Assembly (NCBI GenBank): GCA_010015585.1
Contig: ML975153.1
DNA: 64,000 bases
Source of the DNA: Eremomyces bilateralis CBS 781.70
Lineage: Eukaryota
Reading direction: 5' to 3' (one strand)
Shown here: piece after piece, positions 22,801 to 33,170 of the stretch
Layout: the number at the start of each line of letters is the position of its first letter
Position numbering within the stretch: the stretch's first letter is position 1
Notes under the pieces: model-generated
What the model was told of the DNA's origin: nothing
Seen by the model: the letters and a program-made list of their open reading frames with translations, nothing else
The model's database searches: none
Position numbers and translations under genes: made by a program

Positions 22801-24293
22801 CGTGTTCAGCTTTCCGCCGACGAGGTTGATGATGGCGAAGAGTTTGGCCTTTCGAATTATGTATTCGGACGCGGCTAAGGGGGGTTGCGATTCGCCCGAG
22901 AAGGTCGACGATCGCGAATATATGCTCAGGATCATTCGGGCGAAATCCGGGAGGAAGGCCGCGAATTTGTTCAGGGATGCCTGCTTCCGACTCGGGTCGG
23001 TGGAATGGAGCACGCTCACATCGACGCTCGTATTGACCGGAGTAGCGGGCTTGTTGGAAGGTTTTTCGGTGGTGGGGTAACAGATCTGAGGAATTTGGAA
23101 CTCGGCGCCGGACCAAGAGAGTAGGATAAGACAAATCATGATGCTCTCCAGGCCTCTCGCATGCCATAGCTGATCACCAAGATGTCGCGCCCGTGCGGTA
23201 TTCTCGGTGAGTTCAACGAGCGCCTCGCCCCAGCAACCCGTTTGCAGATACATCGTCGCGATCACCAGACCAACGCGTGCTCGTCCCTTATCTCTCGCCT
23301 TCTCGGTGATACTCCCCGGCCCGAAACCGTGGACCGACACACGGTCTTGCGGGCGGTCGCGGGGACTCGCCGATGTATTTGAGCGATTGAGCTGTGGTTT
23401 TGGAGATGCCCCGATGCCCATTTCTTCGAATGTCTTGGCTTGTCGAGACGGAGGTTCGATCGGAGAGCCCGTTCGGGAGTTGCCGGCGCTCACGGAGTGG
23501 CTGAGGCCCGAGGAAGGTAGGACAGGCATGGACATGCGGTGGGATGCGTTGTCGGTTGCCGGAGATGCTGAACGTGCTCTTGCTCCCATGTTCCCCTGGT
23601 TTAGGGGCCCTTCCGGGACGCTGTTCCCTTTGGTTATATCGATGGTGGGTAATGCTTGTATGGATTTCGCCAGGGCGGTCATCTCGGCCAGGACCTGAGA
23701 GGTGAGGTCGCACATTATCGTCTTTAGGGTTGTTGCCTTCGACTTCTCCACGGGCGGAACGCAGAACGTATCGTTCTCGAGCTCCTCGGGGAGCGACTCG
23801 AGTTCGGAATCGAATAGGAACAGCCGATGTATGATTCCGCGCGGAAAGGACTGTTGTAATCCCTCCATCGCATTTGAAAGGTCCGTTCCTAGACGCTCCA
23901 TATCTACATCTCCTGGTCCCTCGGAGGTAGCATATTCCTGCGCATCGGCAATCCCAATGATCACAATCGGTTCTCGAAACAGTTCGTATGGAGACAGGGC
24001 TAAATGCGAAGGCGACGGCATCGACGTGACAAGATCATATAACACCCTCCCTTCCGTGAAGGACAGCGGCGAGAACATGCCTGCATTCCCATTAGCATCC
24101 TCCGTACCGCACCATGTCATTCCATTAACCAACCTCGATCCTGCCGCCGATCCGGCGTCACATCACCTAACCGTACAGCGCATTCTGGTATCAGACGGCC
24201 GACGAACTCCACCAGCCTCGTGCGCTTGATGGTGCCCACGGGCAATGCCAGCGCTCGCAATCGCGCGGGCGAGATGGGGGAGAGGTGATCCAT
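19813..24293 (-). CDS. TRS120: TRAPP II subunit Trs120/TRAPPC9 (HypA-like)
   Basis: Start MDHLSPISPARLRALALPVG.IKR; a short intron before MFSPLSF.EGRVLYD; LSPYELFREP, TLKTIMCDLTS, GLIQARKVGAAEMGLHPAAGL, LQNPFDFEL.IE, REAFWFREELLK. Confidence 0.92.
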
Positions 24294-25098
24294 CGGAGCA
24301 ACATGGGGATGATGGGGAGGACATCAGGGGCATGGCATGGTCGAGGAGGGAAATGAGGCGCTAATGCTAAAGGTTGGATATGGGTATATTGTGCGTATGA
24401 GCTTTCGCCATTTACCTGAATAGTTCGTGAACTTTCTCAATACGAATCGGTGACAATTGTGTATTGTGTGGGCGTGAATCGGTGAAGTGCCTATTGGTAG
24501 GGATCTTTCACTAGCAACGCGCCACGAATAGGAGTGTGGGGTGGGAAGCACTGTGGATATTCGACATCAAGAATAATTAATAAGTGAATCTGTTTGAATT
24601 CCTTCTTCAATTTCTTCATCAATTTCTTCATATATCATTTTACTTCGCCAGCAGCTCTATACAACTGGAGGCCACCGCGATGGAGATGGCTTTGTCTAAT
24701 AAGCAGAGAAGACGACAGCTTACAGTGCCGATCGTACTCTATCAAAGTCCTTTATGATTCTCCTCAAAGTCCTCTACGAAATGATCACCATCCGTTGCTA
24801 GTATCGGGATGTAATGTTAGACATTTGGATATCTATAACCATCAATCGTACACGATACCCCCAGTAGGAGGATTCATTGCTGCATCGCAGAAAGCAACCA
24901 AGCACCTCCCAACGGCTGGTCGAAGTGACTTCACATTCCAATATCAGTATACCTATCATCGCCGATCATGATGACGTAGGGTCACGGCTGGAGATAGATT
25001 CAACTAAAAGTAGCATCAAATGCGTCCTTCGTTCAATTACTTCTCTGAAATTAACCGTTCACGGACTTACCATCAAACAAACAAACAGGATAGGAAAC

Positions 25099-26468
25099 AT
25101 GTCGCAGCACGTGGTTGATGCCGTCAAGGCTGCGGCTCAGACACTCCCGCCGATCGATACTCCTGAGTTCGGCCAATTGTTCGATTCCTTCGGCAAAGCG
25201 AGAGTCGTGCTCATCGGTGATGCAAGGTAAGCCAACCAAACGATCTCAAGGAATCCACCTCACTTCCATCCAGCCACGGCACCTCGGAATTCTACCGCGC
25301 CCGCGCGGCCATCACGAAGCGCCTCATCGAAAAACACGGCTTCACCACCGTCGCCATCGAAGCCGACTGGCCTGACGCCCGCTCCATCGACCGCTTCGTC
25401 CGCCGCCAACCCACCCCCGCGGCCCTTAAAGACGAGAAGATCTTCGACCACTTCCCGCGCTGGATGTGGCGCAACGTCGAGGTGCAGGATTTCATCGACT
25501 GGCTGCGCGTGCACAACGAGCGCCTCGACCCCCCCAACCGCACTGGCTTCTACGGGCTGGACCTGTACAGCATGGGCGCCTCTATCCGCGCCGTCATCGA
25601 CTACCTGGACCGCGCGGATCCCGACACCGCGGCCATCGCGCGGGAGCGCTATGGATGCCTGCTGCCCTGGGTCGAGGAACCCGCGCACTACGGCCGCGCG
25701 GCCCTCAACAAAGGCTACGCGCCCTGCGAAGCCGGCGTCGTCCAAATGCTCCGCGACCTCCTCGCACAGCGCATGGACCTCGCCGCCACTGACCCCTCCG
25801 CCTTCACCGACGCTGAATTCAATGCCCGCGTGGTCCGCGACGCCGAGAAATACTACCGGTCCATGTACTACGGCGGCGCGGAGTCCTGGAACCTGCGCGA
25901 CGGGCACATGTTCGCGACGCTCGCGCGGCTGCTGAAGTTGAACCCGGGGAGCAAGGCGGTGGTGTGGGCGCACAATAGCCATGTTGGCGACGCGCGCCAC
26001 ACGGAGATGGGGCGTAAGGGGGAGCATAACATCGGGCAGCTGGTTCGGGAGCATTTCGCGGACCCGACGCAGGTGGCGATCATCGGGTGCGGGACGCACG
26101 CGGGGACGGTGGCGGCGGCGGACGATTGGGGGATGCCGATGCGGATCAAGACCGTAAAAGAGTCGCGGGAGGATTCATACGAGCGCGTGATGCACGCGAC
26201 CGGCGTCCCGGCATTTCTATTGGATCTGCGCGACACGCCGGAGAACGCGGCGGTGCGGCAGGCGTTGGGGCAACAGCGGCGGGAGCGATTCATCGGGGTG
26301 ATTTATCGGCCGCAGACGGAGCTGGGGAGTCACTATGCGAAGGCGATCTTACCGAAGCAGATGGATGCGTTGGTGTGGTTTGATCGGACGAAGGCGGTGG
26401 AGGCATTCGAGACGGCGCAGCCGAGGGGGGATTTGAGCATGGAGGAGACATATCCGTTTGGGTTGTAG
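25099..26468 (+). CDS. Erythromycin esterase (EreA/B-like) family hydrolase, intron 25227-25273
   Basis: Spliced VVLIGDASHGTSEFYRARA...VAIEADWPDA, FPRWMWRN, FYGLDLYS, SWNLRD.HM, VVWAHNSHVGDAR, ERFIGVIYRP.TE..SHY; ends ETYPFGL. Confidence 0.9.
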
Positions 26469-27017
26469 ATTATGAATGCTTGGAGTCGGGTCGTTCCGTT
26501 CGGGTTGCCGATGATCACAGATGGCTACAGGTAACGTCCCGTCCACATGGTTCATGGGACAGGCGCATCTGTTCTGGTTAGGCCATCTATCACTGACAAT
26601 CATGATCTTAATATAATGTACAACTGGTATGCCAGATGCGGTTTATTTTTAATTTTCTTGCTGTTCGACGATGTCAGCTAACGTGATGATGGTCATTCAT
26701 CTGAAGTCACTGATGAAGTCTGACAACTGCATGATTGGATTGCATCCAATCCACCAACCCAATTGCCGATCCAGCGATCTATTTGCCTTTCTCATCTGAT
26801 TTCAGGACGTTGCCTCTGATTTAAAGGGAACACGCAATACGCTTCGTACACAGTACATAGCATGACGTGAAGAATTTAGGATATTAAGCTTGATCACACC
26901 TCCTTCTCCGACCTCAGACCTGTCAAGCCTACGCACTGGAGAGAGAAATTGAAAGGTTTGTATATGCTCCCACCTCTAAATGGGTATATCTTGCCGAATC
27001 ACTGTCAATAATTCATT

Positions 27018-27590
27018 TCACAACCTTGCCCACAAATCTCTTCGCAAGCGCCCGAATTCCTTTCTTTGCATCCCGCTCAAGTACCTTTTCGGGTGCTTCT
27101 GCTTCCACCGTCCGACTTGAGCTGACGATTCTCCTCTATAAGTTCGGCCATCAGCGTTTCGTTCTTCCAGTCGATCGCAGCAAGGGCGTTTTGGAGGGCT
27201 CGGGTGATGCCAACATCGCACGCTTCCGGACTTCTCTCTTGGCTTCTCGCGGTCTCGCGCTGAAATAGTTCGTCCGGCCTATCTGTCTCAGCGGCCCTGA
27301 CCTTGGCTCTCGCGGACATCCTGAGCGGCCGTCCAGCCCTCAAGTGGTGATGGCTGGCGGGTCAGGGGCGGGTCTGGTCGCGTCCCCCAGGATTCTCCTG
27401 AGAGGAGAAGGCGGCATTTTCGAGCTTGCCTATGCCTGGATACTACACGCTAGCGGAAATAATAAGACAAATACTAAATGAATGAAAAGGATTTGTGGTC
27501 CGGAAAAGGTTCGAAAATCCTTCTAGTTATAGTTAGTTAGGCCTATGTAGTTTCCCTCGTAGGCCTCGGGCTCCGGAGAGAGGCCTGATG
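27018..27590 (-). mobile_element. Possible 5' relic of a retroelement ORF1/gag-like coiled-coil frame
   Basis: Broken minus frame MPPSPLRRILGDATRP...(stop/shift) RAGRPLRMSARAKVRAAE...ALQNALAAIDWKNETLMAELIEENRQLK. It is preceded by a TCAGGCCTCTCT motif that recurs at 33041 and 33177. The family assignment is by resemblance only. Confidence 0.25.
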
Positions 27591-27809
27591 GTGTCTGAAT
27601 CTCTCTCCACGAGACTCCTGACGTCAGGCCCCACCAGCAATTAGGACGCTCACCACTATCTGGTACTTTAGTGGGCTAGGTCATCATGCCGTTAATCTTT
27701 CTTTGCCCTTTGGACCTTTTCTTTTTGTTTCCTTTTATATCTCGTATCAAAGCCAAATATATCGCAATCTCTTTCGACGCGGCTTTTGGAATCGAAACCA
27801 ATTATCACC

Positions 27810-28913
27810 ATGAGTAAAATTATTGCGGTCACGGGTGCTACTGGCGCCCAGGGACGTGGTGTTGTTAATATTATGAAGGGGACGGCGGGATGGACAGTTA
27901 GGGCTATCACGAGAAATCCTGAAAGCGACAAGGCCAAGAAGCTGGCTTCAGAAGGCATCGAGGTTGTACAGGCTAGCTTCGACGACGAAGCCTCCCTTGT
28001 CACCGCGTTCCAGGTTCGTTGATAGAGATGCCCAATGCCCATGGCCTCTCAACTTGAAGGGGTTAGAAAATTTACAAAGATTTACAGGGAGTTCATGCCG
28101 TCTTCGCTGTGACAAACTGGTGGGAGCACCTATTCATGGGTAAATCGCAGGACGAGGCGGGAGCTCTGGAGGAGGAGCAGGGCATGACGATTGCTCGCGG
28201 CGCTGCTCAAACGCCGACCCTGGAGCATTACATCTGGTCCACCCTACCTAGCGGCAAGGCTGACTTCCCTGGCAAGCTTGTCACTCCGCACATGGACTAC
28301 AAGGCTGCTGTGGATGCCCGGATCAAGTCTGAGCTGCCCAAGCTGGCGAGCAAGACGACGTATCTGTACCTCGGTTTCTATCCGCAGAACTTCTTCACTT
28401 ACCCCTCCATCAAGCCTGTCCAATATGTAAGCATTGCTTCCGTCTCTGTGATAGACGAGGGTCGATCAGTTCCCTGTTAACATGCGCACACAGCCCCCTG
28501 GATCTGGAACATACGTGCAGATTCAACCCAGCAGGCCGGATGCCAAAGTGCTTTTGGCCGGTGACCTGGACGTGAACCCAGGCATCTGGGTTCGTCAAAT
28601 TCTTGCCAAGGGCCCCATCACATTCGGCAAGTACACCAACGTGGCTCTGGAAAAGTGGTCCTTAGAGCACATGCTGGAAGTATGGTCAGAGGTGACAGGC
28701 AAGAAGGGCATCTTCATCCCCTGCACACTCGAGATCTTTGCCGCACTACATGGCACTGCCGGCTACGAGTTGGGCTTACAACTCAAATACGGCGAGCTGT
28801 GTGACCCTTGGGCAGTGAAAGATAACTTCATAGATGCGAAGGAGCTCGATATAGACCCCAGCGAGGTGGTTGGCTTCAGAGGTGTCATGGAGAAGCTCAA
28901 GCACTTGGCTTAG
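27810..28913 (+). CDS. NmrA-like/HSCARG atypical SDR, 3 exons
   Basis: MSKIIAVTGATGAQGRGVV...VRAITRNPES.KAKKL, then |GVHAVFAVTNWWE, LEHYIWSTL, PHMDYKA. Introns at about 28014-28087 and 28427-28493. Confidence 0.9.
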
Positions 28914-28951
28914 ACGGAAAATTGAATAGAAGCATGTGCTTAGATTATAAT

Positions 28952-31772
28952 TGCGCAGCGTAGCGAAGCAGTTTAAAATCCAACTGGGGCTCCTTTTCCA
29001 AAAAAAAAAGATACACGCTCATTGGTCAGTAGAAAACCCTCTGTGATTGGTCCCAAAATTTACTTGGCAAAATGATTGGCTGACAAAAACGTCCGGAAAG
29101 TTCCGTGTCCCTCTGATCCTTGGCAAAATGATTGGCTGAAAAGTTATTTCATCTCGGAACTCTGTGGACTTCGTCGTTGCCGCCGTCGCTGGGACCTGCG
29201 ATCTCGTTAACTACATGAGCACCTTTTCACTAGTCTCACGGCATCAGACATATCCTACATCCGATTTCAATAGGAAAACAGCAGATTAGAATGTATATAG
29301 GCTTCTGCATATAGGCTTCTACATTCTAGGGGGTTGTTAGGGGAAGTGGGACATAGCATTGTAAGGTATAGACAATTCGACACTATAGAGCAGTCGAGTC
29401 TCACGGACAACGTCAATAGAAAAAAGTAAAGAAAAGGAAAGCAAGATCCTCAAGACATCTCCAGGCATCGTCTATGTTCTTATACCGGCCGACAGTCCTG
29501 AAATCATCTACACAGACACTCGTTGCCTTCATCGTGTACGAAACCACTCAATTCCGAGGAGGAGGACATTCTTGCTTCCTGACAAGAGCTTGCACAAGTT
29601 TGCCCCGGTCGAGATGGTGCGCAGGTCGAGGACCCTGATCGTATTGGCGATCGAGAAATTGACCGTGCATATATCCTTGATGGCATGATCGGTAACTATC
29701 TCGACCTCGACCTCGAGTTCTGGAAGCGGATGAAGGCGGACTTTCCGGCCAACTTAGTAGCCGTTGCTGCTGGTACATATGCTAGCCTAAATGGCAAACA
29801 GAAACTCTGCCAGGACCTCGTCATGCGTCACTTTCACGCCTACCAGGAGCACCGGCCTCCGCCTCAGCTCCTGCTAAGCATCGATGGTAAGGGTGGGACA
29901 GGGAAGACGTACCTTATTATGATCCTTTCCGAGGCGCTTGAGACTGTCGCGAGTGCGATAGGCCATACTACCTCCCCAATCATTCGAGCTGCTCCTACCG
30001 GTGTGGCCGCGCACAATATTTCGGGTAGGACCCTTCATTCTCTATTCCGCCTCACTCCAAAGGCCAGGCAGTACGAAAAGTTGTCAAAGCAAGCCGCTCA
30101 GGCTATTCAGGCTGCATTCAAAGGTGTTCAATATATCGTCATTGACGAGAAGTCAATGGTTGGTTTGAAACTCCTTGCTTGGATTGACCGTCGATGCAAG
30201 GAGATTTGGCCTGATCGTAGTGACCTTCCATTTGGTGGCCTCAACGTTATCCTAGCTGGCGACTTCTTCCAGCTGCCGCCTGTTGGCGAGAAGCCTCTCT
30301 TTACCGGCCAGAACAACATTTCAAAGAACATCGATGAAAGTCATGGCCATAGACTCTACCAAGGCTTCTTCCGAACGATTGAGCTAGACGTTGTTGTCCG
30401 TCAGCAGGGACCTGAGGAGGCAATGTTTCGAAATGCACTCGAAGACTTACGAACCGGGAATGTCACGGTTGATAACTGGCGCCTTCTTGCCACGCGAGTT
30501 GCTTCTACCCTCTCGCCCAGTGACGTCCAAAGCTTCCAAGGTACCCTTCACGTCTACGCCAAAAAGGCAGACGTCATTCAATTCAACCATACACAGATGC
30601 GCGAAAGTGGCCGACCAGTTGTCCTGATGATTGCAACTAATGAGGGGAAAGATGCAGCGAGCGCCACTACCGAACAAGCTGGTAACCTGCAGAACATCCT
30701 CCCTATATCTATTGGTTGCCGTGTCATGCTTACCGAGAATATCTGGACCGAACGAGGATTGGTAAACGGTACTATGGGTAATGTACGCGACATGGCCTGG
30801 GAAGCGGACGTTGAAGATCCCCGGAAGTCGCCTCCTACGGCATTATTGGTTGCGTTCGATAGCTATAATGGTCCATCCTTTCGGGAGGTTAACGGCGAAA
30901 AGCTCGTGCCTATATTCCGGTCCCGCCGAGACTTCGTTCACGGTTCTGTCGCCTGCCTGCGTACCCAGTTTCCATTGGTTCTAGCGTATGCTATCACCAT
31001 CCACAAGAGCCAGGGAATGACACTTGAAAAGGCAGTGTTAAACATCGCTGATAAGCGGGACTTTGCGCCGGGATTAACTTATGTAGCTGTCTCGCGTGTT
31101 AAGTCGCTGAAAGGGGTGTTATTCGAAGAATCGTTTGACCTACCGCGATTGCGCATGCAGAAAACTGCTACAACTCAAGCCAGGAACGATGATGTCGCTC
31201 GGCGGGCATTCTATCACGTCGCGTCCTCCGTACATACTACATACCGTCTACTCCTTGCGCAGCATGGCTAATGTGTCTATACAGGATCCTCAGCAATTCG
31301 CGGTCGGTTTCATGCCACCGCCTCTACGACGTGTTTAACTTCCTGTCCGATCATCCTCTCCACCTCGGAGGTCGTCCCTGCTACTTGCGAGTGAGATCGA
31401 TATACCTACAACAGGGTCTAACCCGTCCGGCACTCAAGGTTCCTGAATGGAGTCTGCGTAGATAGATCAAAATCAACTAGTTATAGTATATCATCTGCTG
31501 TTTATTTCATTATAAGTGGTTTAGCTACCGATGAAACCAGTACTAATAAGCGCGTGTGCTTGACTCTGTTCGCCCAAGGGCAATGATGATACAAGATACA
31601 CAGATGAATGAATCAAGCACACGGTCAGATCAAAAGTCGCTGTGATTGGCCGCAAAGGTTCAGGACTTCATCAGCAAACTGTGACTGGGTAATTATGCTA
31701 TTAAAACTTGGGAGGTTCTGCTCCCTACGCTGCGCACCCCTTGGGTCCATTTATGACCCTCGGCCGTATTTT
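28952..31772 (+). mobile_element. Non-canonical Helitron-like element (Helitron2/Helentron, HLE2 type), Rep-less derivative
   Basis: The 5' end TGCGCAGCGTAGCGAAGCAG (28952) is inverted to a subterminal CTGCTCCCTACGCTGCGCA (31718-31736). This is followed by the hairpin GGGTC-CATTTAT-GACCC (31743-31759) and ATTTT (31768-31772). It encloses a Pif1 helicase ORF. Confidence 0.75.
29685..31271 (+). CDS. Pif1-family SF1B DNA helicase of Helitron type
   Basis: All core motifs present: GKGGTGKT, APTGVAA, TLHSLF, IDEKSM, GDFFQLPPV, VVRQ, GLVNGTMG, TQFPL.LAYAITIHKSQGMT, YVAVSRV. The in-frame upstream extension is broken by a TGA at about 29580. Confidence 0.9.
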   Translation: MIGNYLDLDLEFWKRMKADFPANLVAVAAGTYASLNGKQKLCQDLVMRHFHAYQEHRPPPQLLLSIDGKGGTGKTYLIMILSEALETVASAIGHTTSPIIRAAPTGVAAHNISGRTLHSLFRLTPKARQYEKLSKQAAQAIQAAFKGVQYIVIDEKSMVGLKLLAWIDRRCKEIWPDRSDLPFGGLNVILAGDFFQLPPVGEKPLFTGQNNISKNIDESHGHRLYQGFFRTIELDVVVRQQGPEEAMFRNALEDLRTGNVTVDNWRLLATRVASTLSPSDVQSFQGTLHVYAKKADVIQFNHTQMRESGRPVVLMIATNEGKDAASATTEQAGNLQNILPISIGCRVMLTENIWTERGLVNGTMGNVRDMAWEADVEDPRKSPPTALLVAFDSYNGPSFREVNGEKLVPIFRSRRDFVHGSVACLRTQFPLVLAYAITIHKSQGMTLEKAVLNIADKRDFAPGLTYVAVSRVKSLKGVLFEESFDLPRLRMQKTATTQARNDDVARRAFYHVASSVHTTYRLLLAQHG

Positions 31773-33092
31773 ACCAATGAAAGACAGCTACAGGGAGCTT
31801 AGATGATTCTAAGGGTAAGAATCCTCCTGTTCGGGAATTTTCCCTTGCTCATGATCATCATGCTTGACCCTCTGCCAGAAAAAGAGGAACTGGTGATTCT
31901 AGACAAGATATTTTTATGGTTCTTGGGAGTGCCCTTACACCATATACCTCCAACTTTGACATCTTCTCCAACTGTGCTTTCGAGAGCAGCGTTAAGCTTA
32001 GAGACGACAAGAGCCATAGTCAGAGCCAGTTTTTTATCCGCCGTATCTTCCGTAGGGATATCTCCGCCCTCTAAACCAGTCTAGGGCTATCCGTGCCCAG
32101 ATGGAGATAGCGGAATATGGTCGCCAATATCTCGTTGACAAGTTGAGCAAAAGCTTTAACAACATCTCTATTCCACTGCTCACCTTTCTTGACGGGTTCG
32201 GCTTGTTTCGGAGCATGTACTGTACGATTATGGGTTTCTATCTCTTATTGGCACCTCCCCGCAGCTCAGGCCGTAATTAGAGGCAGAATGTCTTCCCTCT
32301 TGCACTCGGTCCACATGACAGCAATTTCACAGAGTTATTGATGACCCGGCAGATGGCATAACACAGCTTGAACGAGGCATCAATATGCTTATCACCGGCA
32401 AGCAGTTTACGGTCTGCGTCTCTATCATGGCATATATTGGTAATATGCCCCAGCAGCAGACCAGTTCAGGCTTCTGAGCTGTCGCCGCCGAATCTACTTG
32501 CAGGATGCGACTTGTCGAGACCGCCCAACGTGGCCTCCTTGATTTATATCGGAGCCCGCAGCCGGTATCACTATAAAGTTATACGTCAGAGGGCTTCTAT
32601 CCGAAGCAGACCAAACAAGACCCAGAGGAAGTTTACGGCCGGTAAGCTAAGTATAGAAGCAGAGGAACCAGCATTGATGAAACTAAGTCCTGCTCTTGAT
32701 CTCGTCCTCTCCCGACCTCCCGATCCTGTCCACTCTGAACTTAATGGCATCACGAAGCTAACGCACCTCCTGTAGATCGGAGACCTCTTGACAAAAAAGG
32801 CCGCAGCCGAATATGGTCGGTTGCTCCGCTCTTTTCCGTTCCCTTCCGGATAGGGTCGTCTCCAAGCCCCTGAGCACTACATCGGAAGCTACTCCCTTCA
32901 AGAGTACGCCCGATGGAGCGTCATTGGCCCCTGCATGGCTCGAGTCTAGTTACGCGAAGAGTATATCCAGGATGCGTAGTTCGAGGGTGTCCATATTGCG
33001 TTCAAAGTTATTGAGAGAGAGAGAGAGATTCATACGCCCGTCAGGCCTCTCTGCGAGGCCCATGTGGGAAGCCCCTACCCAGCAGACAGCTC

Positions 33093-33170
33093 ATTATTCG
33101 TACGAATATTAGTAAGCGGAAATTCTAAATTTTATTCGTATTCGACTACGAATATTCGTGTCCAGCCCTA
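33093..33170 (-). mobile_element. Solitary hAT-like terminus with CGAATA subterminal repeats
   Basis: The minus strand reads TAGGGCTGGACACGAATATTCGTAGTCGAATACGAATA... with several CGAATA/TATTCG units. A TAGGG start is typical of hAT TIRs. No partner end is seen in the window. Confidence 0.4.

Noticed and set aside
25260..26099. 279-aa minus ORF
   Set aside because: Antisense to the esterase gene.
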